A stretch of DNA of 64,000 nt from NCBI RefSeq assembly GCF_001194135.2, contig NC_068981.1, positions 106,668,820 through 106,732,819 on the forward strand. Reading direction: 5' to 3'. The notes below the pieces were generated by a model. The model worked only from the letters and a program-made list of their open reading frames with translations, did not search any database and was not told the DNA's origin. A program made the translations under genes and the position numbers. This document shows positions 39,348 through 51,200 of this stretch, one piece after another. The stretch comes from Octopus bimaculoides (taxonomy: Eukaryota). Position 1 is the first letter of the stretch. Every line of letters begins with the position of its first letter.

Positions 39348-40330
39348 TACGAGGTCTGATCAATAAGTATCCTGACTGTTGCCATAGTAATGAACTTAAA
39401 GCATGCAGAGTGAAGCCACTTGGCACAGATTGACCTTGAACACTGCTGTACATTCTTTTATATGTTTCAGCCTTGAGGCTGCAGCTATGCTGGGGCACTG
39501 CCATTGAAAAAAAAACAAAAAAAAAACTGAAGGGGACACCCAGTACACTAAGTTTTAATGTTCTAGCTTACTTCTGCTATTTACGGCAGTACTTGGATGG
39601 AAGGTGTGTTGTGTGTGATCATTGCATTGACCATGACAGTGAAAGTTGTCATGGTGATGCCTACTCAGAGGCCCACGCAAACTTGCAGAAAGTGTATGGA
39701 GAGGAGTGTGTGAGCCGCACACAAGTGTACAAGTGGTTCAGATGTTTGCAAGAAGGACAAAAAGATGTCAATATTGATGAACGTTCTGGGAGACGTACAA
39801 CCAGTAGAACTGAGAAAAACATCACAGATGTGTCTGCAGTTCTGAGGGGAAATAGTCAAATCACCTTCCATGAGTTATCAGAGGATGTGCAGATTAATTA
39901 CGGTTCAGTTCAGTCCATTATAACTGAAGATTTGGGTATGAGATGTGTGTCTGCCAAGTTTGTGCCAAAACTGCTTTCAGCTGACCAAGAAGACACTCAA
40001 GTTTCAGTTATGCCAAATCTCCTTGATTGTGGGGAGAACAATGAAGACTTTTTGAAATCTTTGCATAGGCCTCTGAGCAGGTATCGCCCAAGCCTTTAGC
40101 AAAATTTGATGCAAATTCTCTGCTCAACTTTCTTTGTCGTGGTCAATGTGATGATCACACGTTACACACCTTCCTTCCAAGCACTGCTGTAAACAGCAGA
40201 AGTGAGCTAAAACATTAAAACTTAGTGTGCATGCACAGCAGAGTTCAATCTGTGTCAAGCAGCTTTACTCTGTGAGCTTTAGTTTCATTACTATGGTAAC
40301 AGTCTAGATACTTATTGATCAGACCACGTA
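39348..40330 (+). mobile_element. non-autonomous mariner derivative with TA TSD, built from two inverted 5' ends
   Basis: Termini TA-CGAGGTCTGATCAATAAGTATC and GATACTTATTGATCAGACCACG-TA. The ORF encodes the mariner HTH region (QKVYGEECVSRTQVYKWFR...DERSGR...SAKFVPKLLS) and stops before the catalytic domain. The right arm (minus strand) encodes the transposase N-terminus. Confidence 0.9.
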
Positions 40331-42043
40331 CAAGACATTACAATTTCCTACTATGTTTTGTGGCCTTCTTTTGAGTAATGTTTATAAGGGAGCAATTCCT
40401 TGCATATCTTTGGTAACCACTGCATTAAACAAAGTATAAGATGTGCACATTTGTTATGAATAAATGAGGTAAACATTCCTGCTGAGCTGAATCTTTGTAT
40501 CTACTTCAATTCTTTGTTAAGATAATTCCATTTTACTTTTGCCATGAATGGCCCTGAGAAAGTCATCAATATCACTGAACTGCATTTTTCTAGGAGTTGA
40601 CAGTCATCTCTCAAATCATGAACTAAAATAGAACTAGTATTTTTTAGTTAGGTTGTCTTTTTCTTTGTTGTTCTTATTCTTACATTAGAAAGGTAAGTCA
40701 GACGAGTAAGCTTCATATGGTTACTATTAAGTTTAGAAATGATTTACTGCAAGACCAGATGGAAAAGAAGCAAGTTCTATATGGCAGCAATTCTTAGAAG
40801 GAAAAATTGCATTTGAAACTTGCTGCTGGGTTTTAGAGAGAAAAACAGTATGGATGACAAGAAGGGAGTTGGATGCAGCAGGCTTGGAATTCTGTTATAT
40901 ACTTTAGCATAGATTTGAATTGACATCACTTCAGATAGCACTATATTGTAAATGTCATATATGCTAGATGATATTTATTGTGGGTGCCAGTAGTTGAATG
41001 ATGAATATTTACATTTTATAAGCTTCCAATGTGAAAGCATTTAAAGTCTGTAGTTGTTGTTTGCACTTTTTTTTTTGCAGTCAATCTCTACTGTCAGATT
41101 ATTCAAGTCAATTAATTAACTTTTCATGATCAGATATATCCATCAATGCTTCTTAGTGTTGATTTCTAAATGAGTCTAAAGGGATCTAACATATCTCTTT
41201 ACTGCACTTACAGGAGGAGTTAAATAGCACTGCAAGTTAATAACTAATTTGTCAGTTTTACAGTACTACCTCCAAATATAGCAGCAATTTGTTTTCATAT
41301 CCTTCAGCATATATTTTCAATTAGATGCCCAGAATGATTTAAGAGCTAAGAAGAGCCTTCAGCTTGACTTAGCCATTACTTTAATGTTAAATGATTGAAA
41401 TTTATTTTCAAGTGCAGTTGTAATTTAAAGTCTTTGGATCCCTACTATATTTATTTACCTACTATTTTATTTTATTGAAAAGGAAAAGACTCTGATGATA
41501 TGACTTTTTTCCTTTTGTCTGCATTATATTTTTTAATCTTCTCTAGAGTGACACACCTCACCACTTTGTGGTTATATATTTCTGGTTATTCTAAAACTAT
41601 TCTGTTCTACCATGAAGATTTATTTACTACATAATCTCAGTATAAATGCAGAATTATTCTGCTTACTATGTACTTGAATACAATTTACTGCCAGATATTG
41701 ATTATGGATATATATTGGCAACTTATTCTTAATATTCCTAAAGATCTGTAGTAAACATTTTTTTATGACTAAAAATGTAATTTTGATATAAGGTTAGTTT
41801 GTATAAAAGATTTTATTGTCATCATTTCATTTTCTGTTGTTCCTCCCCCCCAAACATGTTACACTTGAATGTTTACTTCGTATTATAAATCATTCATATT
41901 CTGAATGTATATATACATCTTGTGTTTATAATGTGTATGTTCTTTAGTGTGTTCTTCAGTTCCTTCTGAAGTTCCTTTTCAATTCTTGATGTTTGAGGCC
42001 TTGCTAGAGCAATGTCATATATAATCACAAGTCAGTCTCTGTG

Positions 42044-42089
<46 letters not shown>

Positions 42090-42306
42090 NNNNNNNNNNN
42101 NNNNNNNNNNNNNNNNNNNNNNNNNNNNNNNNNNNNNNNNNNNNNNNNNNNNNNNNNNNNNNNNNNNNNNNNNNNNNNNNNNNNNNNNNNNNNNNNNNNN
42201 NNNNNNNNNNNNNNNNNNNNNNNNNNNNNNNNNNNNNNNNNNNNNNNNNNNNNNNNNNNNNNNNNNNNNNNNNNNNNNNNNNNNNNNNNNNNNNNNNNNN
42301 NNNNNN
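42090..42306. other. assembly gap after (CA)n
   Basis: N run. Confidence 1.
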
Positions 42307-42504
42307 GAGCCACTAGTTAGCTTGCACCATACTGTCAACCCTTCATCTCAACAATTTTTTCCCTTAAGTAACTCATACCTAATACTGCTTCTCACTCCAA
42401 CCTCTCCCCTCACTTCACATCTATATTGAAAGTAAAGCAATATTCAAGAAAGAGGGAGAATGTTTTGAAGGAGTGAAATAGAAATAATAACAAACCAGAG
42501 GAAA

Positions 42505-42509
<5 letters not shown>

Positions 42510-42543
<34 letters not shown>

Positions 42544-42750
42544 AGATAGACAGATAGAGGAGTGTAGAATAGTGTAAGGGGAAGGAGATAGAGAGTAAGA
42601 AGGTAAAGGAGTGAAATAGAAAGTGTAAGAAACAGAGGGAAAGAATACCAAGAAAACATGAGAGAGAGGGAGGGAGTGTGTGTGTGTGTACATGTGCACG
42701 CGTGTGTGACTGTGTGTACATGCACGCGCGCGCGCGTGTGTGTGTGTGTG
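42510..42750. repeat. (GA)n, purine-rich tract and alternating RY tract with (CG)n
   Basis: GTGTGT...TACATGCACGCGCGCGCGCGTGTGTG at about 42676-42750. Confidence 0.85.
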
Positions 42751-42892
42751 AAGGAATGAATTAGTAGGTGAGAGGGAGTTTTCCTGGCAGATGATATTGT
42801 TTGTATCAAGTTTACTTAGCTACTTAGTAACAGACTTTATTAATGATTAACTAACTATAATGAAATAGCACTCCACACATACATGTATACAG

Positions 42893-42935
<43 letters not shown>

Positions 42936-44479
42936 GTATGTATACAATAAATAAATATGTTTGTAGCAGCAGGCATGCTTGGTAGTGGATGTGAAGGGAT
43001 TGATAGAAAACATTGCCAAATTGAAGATAGACTTGATTGATATTTGTAGAACTGGATTGATTGTTGAGGAAGCTAAGTATTGAGATGTGTTTAATCTGTG
43101 TTTACAAAATAGTAGCAGTTCGGTTGTTTAGACTACTTCAGTTTTATTGATGGTAAATAAGTACTACTATTACTATTACTACTACTACTACACCCACATA
43201 TATACATATACAACTATCTTGTTCCCAACCAACATTCATAAAGTTAGAAACTACATTCAGTGAGTTTGTTTCTATTTTTGAACGAGGCTTGTGTGTACAT
43301 TATATAATTAGTAACATACAAAGTGAATATCGAGTGCTGAAGCTTGTTCTTCTTAGGCCAGTGACAGAAAATCTATGTCTATGTGATCTTTCATTGTGTT
43401 AGAAGTAGCTGTCACATCTCCCTCAAATGATATACTATTTTGGAAAATGAGACATACATTGGATAATGTAATCCTAGATACACAATGCCTGAGAGAAGCA
43501 AGGGGTGGTTCTGTACATTAGCTTAGGCAAATTTCTTTAAAGTGATTGGTTTGAGACTTGTGATACTCTACTCTAGATCATTATTTACAGAAAAGGTATT
43601 AAATTAAATTATATTTTCAACGCTTTGTTTGTTTCACTTCAAATTATTGTTGTATATATATATATTTTTTTATCTGATGGAAATCATCATAAAAGTGTAA
43701 CAACAAAATATTTGAACGTCATCATAAAAACATATCTTTGCGTGGGAAGCAGAAATTGGTTATCTTTATCAAAACAGTTTCATCTTATTCTTGCTTGTAT
43801 TACTGTATATATTCAATGTAAATTACATTCATATACATTTTGTAGTAACTTATTGGTTGGGTAGTTGGCTCAGTTCCTGAACCAGGTGTGTTTGTGTCCT
43901 TCAGCAAGATACTTCATTTTATTGTATTCTGGTTTACTCAGCTCTAAATGGATACCAGCTGGTTGAGGGCACAGCTCTATCTCTCTCTCTCTCCCTCCAT
44001 CCTGAATGTTTTTCTGAGTCAAAGATGAGGAGGCTAAGAGGCTGTCTATGTCTGCTCACAATTATACAGATTCCTAAAACGATAAAAAAATGTATGGTAT
44101 ATGTCACTGTACTTACTCCCAAGTGACAGCTGGTTATACCCTCCTTCCTAGAATTACAGGGCTAACATAGTTCTCTTACATAGTCGTCAGTACCTAGCTT
44201 TAATAATAATTACTTTTAAAACTAATGGCTTTTTAGATAACTAACAATGTGTTCAAATCAAATATATGAGATTATATATATATAAGATATTGGTATCTAG
44301 AAGACCCAAAGAGTGGCAGGTAATGCTAAGTAAGTGCTATGGACAGATCGTAGTTAAACTCTTGGTTCAATAGTGATACGAGTGAGGAGTTTAATGTGTG
44401 TCTTGTATTAGCATGCATATATATGGCATTATGTCATGTTGAGAAGATCCATAAAACCAAGCAAAATCACAGTCATGGC

Positions 44480-44685
44480 AGATACTTGTGTCACGCAAAT
44501 GGCACCCATGCCAGTGGCACGTAAAAGTACCCATTACACTCTAAGTGGTTGGTATTAGAAAGGGCATCAGGCCATAGAAAACCATTCCAAATTAGACTGG
44601 AGTCTGGTGCAGCCTTACAGCTTACCAACCCTGGTCAAACTGTCCAGCCCATGCCAGCATGGACAACAGATGTTAAATAATGATG
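44480..44685 (+). mobile_element. RTE 3' tail (family C), older copy
   Basis: GGCACGTAAAAGTACCCATTACACTC...CCATGCCAGCATGGAC...TGATGA. Confidence 0.75.
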
Positions 44686-44847
44686 AAGATTGTTTGAGCA
44701 AAGTTATTTGGTTGAAATATATATCTGTTATGTAGGAATTCTATTATATAAACCACTTTTAAATTCAAAAGTTCAAAAGTTTCAAATACTATAAATAAGA
44801 AAAACTGTAAAATATAATTTAAATATTGAAACATATAATTTAAATAT

Positions 44848-45011
44848 AGGCGTAGGAGTGGCTGTGTGGTAAGTAGCTTGCTTACCAACCACATGGTTCC
44901 GGGTTCAGTCCAACTGCGTGGCACCTTGGGCAAGTGTCTTCTACTATAGCCTCGGGCCGACCAAAGCCTTGTGAGTGGATTTGGTAGACGGAAACTGAAA
45001 AGAAGCCCGTC

Positions 45012-45053
<42 letters not shown>

Positions 45054-45260
45054 ATGTGTTTGTGTCTGTCCCACCCAACATCGCTTGACAACCGATGCTG
45101 GTGTGTTTACGTCCCCGTAACTTAGCAGTTCGGCCAAAGAGATCGATAGAATAAGTACTAGGCTTCCAAAGAATAAGTCCTGGGGTCGATTTGCTCGACT
45201 AAAAGGCGGTGCTCCAGCATGGCCACAGTCAAAAGACTGAAACAAGTAAAAAAGAGTAAA
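44848..45260 (+). mobile_element. full-length young SINE family A (tRNA-like head, internal TA/TG microsatellite, 3' domain)
   Basis: Head GGCGTAGGAGTGGCTGTGTGG...CCGGGTTCAGTCC. 3' part AATAAGTCCTGGGGTCGATTTGCTCGACT...GACTGAAAC. CpGs are largely retained. Confidence 0.9.
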
Positions 45261-45679
45261 CAAAACAGTTATTAAAATTAACACCACTATTGAAATAAAT
45301 GAAATGGAAGAAAAATGATTTGTGTAATGAGGATTTTTGCTGACAATTTTCTCAATTCATAGGACAAGTAGTAGGCTAGTATATCTGAGCACAATCTATT
45401 GTATGCATACATACATCAGTGTATTATTTGTGTGTTTGTATATATAAAGGCATAGCTCTGTGGATATGGAGTTCATTTTATAACCATGTAGTTTTGAGTT
45501 CTGTCTCACTACATAAGCACCTTGTCTTCTATAACTTCAGGCTGATCAATGCCTTCTGAGTAGAATTCGGAGATGGAAATTGTATGTGCATTTAATTAGC
45601 AAATGGACAGTGTTGTTCCAGTGTGGGATAGAATGCCTTACAGTATTTGTTCCAACACTTTGAACTTTGAGTTCAAATT

Positions 45680-45810
45680 NNNNNNNNNNNNNNNNNNNNN
45701 NNNNNNNNNNNNNNNNNNNNNNNNNNNNNNNNNNNNNNNNNNNNNNNNNNNNNNNNNNNNNNNNNNNNNNNNNNNNNNNNNNNNNNNNNNNNNNNNNNNN
45801 NNNNNNNNNN
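45680..45810. other. assembly gap
   Basis: N run. Confidence 1.
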
Positions 45811-46265
45811 CAAGCTAAACTGTGGCACTTCTGTCAGGAGTTGCAGCCAACAGATAGCATCAGGAATTTGAAAAGCCAGTGGAAATTTAGTTTGCTTGAT
45901 TCAGTATGAAGATCAGCTGCCACCACAACCATGTATATATGTGTGTGTGTCTGTGTTAAGGTTTATATTCTGCATCTTCATGTGGAATTGTTGGGACAAA
46001 AACAGTGATGCGACATTGACATTCTCTATTAATAAATCATTCTGCAGCTCTGCCTTTTTGAAATGAAGGCAAAAAAAAAAAAAAAAAACCCTTTCTTCAA
46101 AAATTGATAAGAGTTAATGAGAAGACTATAAAATAAACGCTTTTGTAATAAGTATTCATCCAGTCCATGCTAGCGTGGAAATTGGACGTAAAATGAATTG
46201 TTGAATGAAAGGTACGCACACACATTTTACATGAAGCAAATTCTTTCTGCTTCAGTTTTCATTAC

Positions 46266-46452
46266 TTTGATTTAGTCAAGTTTTGCTAATTTCATGTCAT
46301 GTACCATTTATGATCCTCTTTTTTTTTTACCTAAATATTTTCAACCTCTGTTGTATTTCTGATCTTTCTGAGGTTGAAAATATTTAGGTAAAAAAAAAAG
46401 AGGATCATAAATGGTACATGACATGAAATTAGCAAAACTTGACTAAATCAAA
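46266..46452. repeat. perfect 83-bp inverted repeat with 21-nt spacer
   Basis: 46266-46348 is the exact reverse complement of 46370-46452, including a T10/A10 run. Confidence 0.95.
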
Positions 46453-47598
46453 AAACTCAGCATAAAATATTCTTTATAGCTTCTTCACAATCTGCAGGAG
46501 TGACTCTCTTCTTGATATATGCATTTAAAGAAAGAAACTATTGAAATTAGACATTATTCATTCTACCCCATTTTAGACATCATATTTTGAAAATTGGAAA
46601 TTATTAAATTAGATATTAGTGTGGGAAAAGATTAACTTGGAATTCAACAGAGAAAAGAATATTGATTGTTAAACACCAAAAATTATCCAGGTATTTTATT
46701 AGCAACCTCACTTACAAATGGATCAAAGTTGAGGAAAAATTTCTGGAAAAAAAAAAAAAGAAAAGTACCTGTCACCTGACTATGTTTCAAACCCTGTCAG
46801 TTTTCAACAACAATGCTGACCAATTTTTACTCCTAAAGATGATGCAGCTGGTGTGATACTTGCAATGTAATGGTTGGGAGAACATGAGAAATCAGAAATT
46901 ACTTATTTTACCCTGGTTGCTAATTTTGCCCCACCTCTATATTTGCATACCCCCCACTCTGATATTATTTTACTTTCTCAGTAAGTGAGGGAGAAGGGCT
47001 ATGAGAGGGGTGTTGTGAGAAGTAGTTAGAGGAAGTGCTGGTAATGTAGTGTGAGTTAACCAGTTGTTTTGCTTTTCAAAAAAAGTCCTGCACAAACAAC
47101 AAACTGCTTTTACACACACAATATAGTGTACTTTTATGTGTGCAGCTGTAAATTGAATTTCAGGTTGAAATTGTTAGTCTTAGTAATTATTAATTTGCAG
47201 CAGTTCTCCAGTTTATAGTTCTAAATTCCAATCTTTCTTGATCTGATATAGTCAATGTTTCTTTAATGCTCAAAGCTGGTACTTAGCTCCAGATTCCTAC
47301 TTGTTAACTATATTAGAAATAGCTCACCCAGCATGTATGATGTCAGGCTATTATACATAACATTTTCTGAATATCTAGTATCATTTCCCCACTGCTTGGT
47401 GAAATGAAGCATGTAGAATTTAATATCCTGCCTACAGACATTATAAAACAACTTCAGTAAGTATGAACTTACAATCCATATAGTGTTAGTTTGGTGCCTT
47501 ATTTATCCAGCCATCTTTGTCTTTGCAATTTAACCATTATCTATGCTTTATTAATTCAGCAGAGTAAAGCTGTAACTTTTCTATTACAGTCTGTTTTC

Positions 47599-47646
<48 letters not shown>

Positions 47647-48054
47647 TAGAAAGGACATTGCTCATAGTCTCTGTGTGTCACTCCTGTCTACTAAGATTGA
47701 TTCTGTTCTTTTAGCTCCTTTTCAGGTTGAAGCACATTAAAAAAAGTCTAGGTAGAAATGTAACTTCAAAGAGTTGTAGTTCTGGGTATTAAAGACTGAG
47801 CAAAATGTTTGTTATGAGGTTTTGAGAGCTAAACACAGTATGGATGATAAGAGAAGTAGATGCTTTTGATAAGCTTAAGTGGAGGTTATGATTTCTACCC
47901 ATGTCTGTACCTTCTTATTTTTTTAAGAAGTGCATTATTCAATGTGCCCTTCCTTATTTAAAATGGTAATGTGTGAGTTGAAACTTTGGCTGGTATTTTT
48001 AGCAGGTTTAGTGATTATATCTAGTTTAGGCTGTTATACATAGCATTCTCTGAA

Positions 48055-48480
48055 TCATCATCATTTAATGTCCATTGTACATGCATGTGTTGGATGGTTT
48101 GACCAGGGTTGACAGGCCGAAAGGCTGCACCAGACTCCAGTCTGATTTGATATGTTTTCTATGACTGGGTGCCCTTCCTAACACCAACCACTCTGAGAGT
48201 GTAATGGGTGCCATTTGCATGACACCAGTATCAGCCACAACTGCGATTTTACTTGGCATGATGGATCTTCTCAAGCATGACATAATGCCAATGGTCTTGG
48301 TCATTTGTCATGCATTGGCCATTTTGCCTCTATGCGGCCCAAAACTCGAAAGGTGCTTTTTACATGCCAGTTACATGACACCAGTATCAGCCACAACTAC
48401 AATTTCATGTGGCTTGGCAGGTCTTCTCAAGCTTAGCATATCGCCAAAAGTCTCAGTCGTTTGTCGTTGCCTCCGTGAGG
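48055..48480 (-). mobile_element. RTE LINE 3' end, older copy
   Basis: CATCATCATTTAATG tail at left and GGTCTTCTCAAGC ORF-end sequence at right. Confidence 0.75.
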
Positions 48481-48499
48481 CCCAACACTCAAAACATGA

Positions 48500-48690
48500 A
48501 CAAGCAAGAAAAAACACAAAAAAACAACGCGAGGATGTGGAATAAGTACAGTGTTATTGGACACTCAGGAAAAGAAAGAGTATTTCACGTTTTGAGTGGC
48601 GCTCTTCATCAGAAATATAGAAAAAGTTCAAAGAAGGGAAGACGGAGAAAGAAAATCGCCAACGATACACACGCGGTCACACACACAAAA
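48500..48690 (-). mobile_element. Penelope-like terminal repeat (second copy)
   Basis: Shares GCTCTTCATCAGAAA and AAAATCGCCAACGAT with 1760-1955. Confidence 0.5.
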
Positions 48691-48699
48691 CATTGTAGG

Positions 48700-49239
48700 C
48701 ATTATATAAGGTGTGGTGTGCAAGAGAGGCAACTGTGCTGGTATGGTCATGCAATGTGCATGGATGAGGACAGCTGTGTAAAGAAGTGCCAATCTCTAGT
48801 GGTGGAGGGAACCTGTGGAAGAGATAGAAGCAATAAGACAGGAGACAAGGTGGTGAAGCATGATCTTTGAATGTGGGGGTCTCACAGTGATTGTGACATT
48901 TGGTAATTTACTGTGCTTGAGAAGACTCGTCAAGCTAAATGAAATTGTAGTTCTGGCCAGTGATGGTGACACGTAAACGCACCTGTTTCATGACACGTAA
49001 AAGTACCCATGCCAGTGACATGTAAAAGCATCCGTTCTGGTAACACATAATAGCTCCCATCCAGTGACATGTAAAAGGTACCCACTACACTCTTGGAGTG
49101 TTGGTGTTAGGAAAGGTATCCAACTGTAGAAACCAAGCTAAAATCAAAGTGAAGTCTGGTACAACTCTCTGACTTACCAGTTCCAGTCAAATTGTCTAAC
49201 CTATGCCATCATGGAAAAGCAGATGTTAAATGATGATGA
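48700..49239 (+). mobile_element. 5'-truncated RTE LINE 3' end with ORF2 C-terminus
   Basis: RQLCWYGHAMCMDEDSCVKKCQSLVVEGTCGRDRSNKTGDKVVKHDL fits the RTE pattern RLRWxGHVxRM...GxRxRGRP. The UTR has GTGACACGTAAAAG tandem repeats and a GAT tail. Confidence 0.85.
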
Positions 49240-49521
49240 CAATATATATATATATATAATGTATGTGTGTGTTATCAGAGATTGTAATGTCAAGTATTTA
49301 TGAACACGTGTGGTATTGTCGGCATGTTTTCAGCTTTCAGTTCACTTGTTGAATCTTCTTATCAACTATTTGTTTTCCTTTCTCATTGAATACTATTTTG
49401 TTATACTTCATAAAGTAGCATCACCTAATTTCTAAGGTCAGTAAATCAAGTAAATCATATAAGTTATTTAAGAAGCTATATAAAAAGTAACTCATGAAGC
49501 TGTAAGTCTTTTCATAATAAT

Positions 49522-49565
49522 ACCTCACTCAATAATCAATTCTAAAATTGATTATTGACTGAGGT
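49522..49565. repeat. hairpin: 13 perfect bp, one mismatch, 6 further bp, 4-nt loop
   Basis: ACCTCA-C-TCAATAATCAATT-CTAA-AATTGATTATTGA-C-TGAGGT. Confidence 0.85.
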
Positions 49566-49579
49566 TATTCAAGCCAGCC

Positions 49580-49720
49580 AACCGTTTCAAGAATAGTCGA
49601 ATAGTGTTGATAAATATTAAAAGAAACAAAAACTGAGATACTGTTGAGGACTTGTTGAAAAGCTTCTCTCTACTGTTGAGCCAGACTTTGCCACTCAATC
49701 ATGAAAGAAAGTCTTAAATA
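49580..49720 (+). pseudogene. possible hAT (Charlie-like) transposase C-terminal remnant
   Basis: Frameshifted INIKRNKN*DTVEDLL / LSTVEPDF resembles the C-terminus of Charlie/ZBED5-type proteins. Confidence 0.35.
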
Positions 49721-50009
49721 CATCATAGCATAGGTTTAGTGTGGGGAACACTTCAGTTTTCAGCTTTATGATCCTAAAAGAAAGCTTTATGACAGTGTGA
49801 TGCTTTTCTTTTGTAGTCATCTTTACTAATCACACAATTACATAATTTGGGTCTTGTGTTTTGCTATCAATAACAGTGACATTGTTTATTTATTTTCCTG
49901 ATCCTCATCACTTATGTATTGATCTTTATTCAATTTCTTTTGTCATTTGAAATTAATTTGAGATTTTGTGGGTTCTTATTTATGTGGGATATATATATAT
50001 ATATATATA

Positions 50010-50209
50010 TATTCTCTTTTGTTCTTTCAGTCATTTTGACTGTGGCCATTCTGAAGCACTGCCTTTAGTTGAAAACATCGACCCCAGGACATATTCTTTG
50101 TAAACCTAGTACTTATTCCATGTTTTCTTTGCCAAGCCACGAAGTTACAAGGACATAAACACACCAACATCGGTTGTCAAGCAATGGTGGGGGGCCAAAC
50201 AGACACACA

Positions 50210-50243
<34 letters not shown>

Positions 50244-50992
50244 NNNNNNNNNNNNNNNNNNNNNNNNNNNNNNNNNNNNNNNNNNNNNNNNNNNNNNNNN
50301 NNNNNNNNNNNNNNNNNNNNNNNNNNNNNNNNNNNNNNNNNNNNNNNNNNNNNNNNNNNNNNNNNNNNNNNNNNNNNNNNNNNNNNNNNNNNNNNNNNNN
50401 NNNNNNNNNNNNNNNNNNNNNNNNNNNNNNNNNNNNNNNNNNNNNNNNNNNNNNNNNNNNNNNNNNNNNNNNNNNNNNNNNNNNNNNNNNNNNNNNNNNN
50501 NNNNNNNNNNNNNNNNNNNNNNNNNNNNNNNNNNNNNNNNNNNNNNNNNNNNNNNNNNNNNNNNNNNNNNNNNNNNNNNNNNNNNNNNNNNNNNNNNNNN
50601 NNNNNNNNNNNNNNNNNNNNNNNNNNNNNNNNNNNNNNNNNNNNNNNNNNNNNNNNNNNNNNNNNNNNNNNNNNNNNNNNNNNNNNNNNNNNNNNNNNNN
50701 NNNNNNNNNNNNNNNNNNNNNNNNNNNNNNNNNNNNNNNNNNNNNNNNNNNNNNNNNNNNNNNNNNNNNNNNNNNNNNNNNNNNNNNNNNNNNNNNNNNN
50801 NNNNNNNNNNNNNNNNNNNNNNNNNNNNNNNNNNNNNNNNNNNNNNNNNNNNNNNNNNNNNNNNNNNNNNNNNNNNNNNNNNNNNNNNNNNNNNNNNNNN
50901 NNNNNNNNNNNNNNNNNNNNNNNNNNNNNNNNNNNNNNNNNNNNNNNNNNNNNNNNNNNNNNNNNNNNNNNNNNNNNNNNNNNNNNNNNNNN

Positions 50993-51056
<64 letters not shown>

Positions 51057-51200
51057 ACAGACTTATACCCATACAACAGGCTTCTTTCAGTTTCCGCCTA
51101 CCAAATCCACTCACAAGGCTATAGTAGAAGACACTTGCTCAAGGTGCCACACAGTGGGACTGAACATGGAACCATGTGGTTGAGAAGTAAGTTTCTTTCC
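50010..51200 (-). mobile_element. SINE family A whose internal microsatellite contains a gap (50244-50992)
   Basis: 3' domain at 50010-50215 and head at 51055-51200, in consistent minus orientation. Confidence 0.75.

Noticed and set aside
40689-40698. TTAG-AAAG-GTAAGT micro-exon or recursive splice site (similar AG/GT at 4318, 22965, 63058)
   Set aside because: Cannot be separated from chance without nascent RNA saw-tooth data, and the host transcript is unproven.
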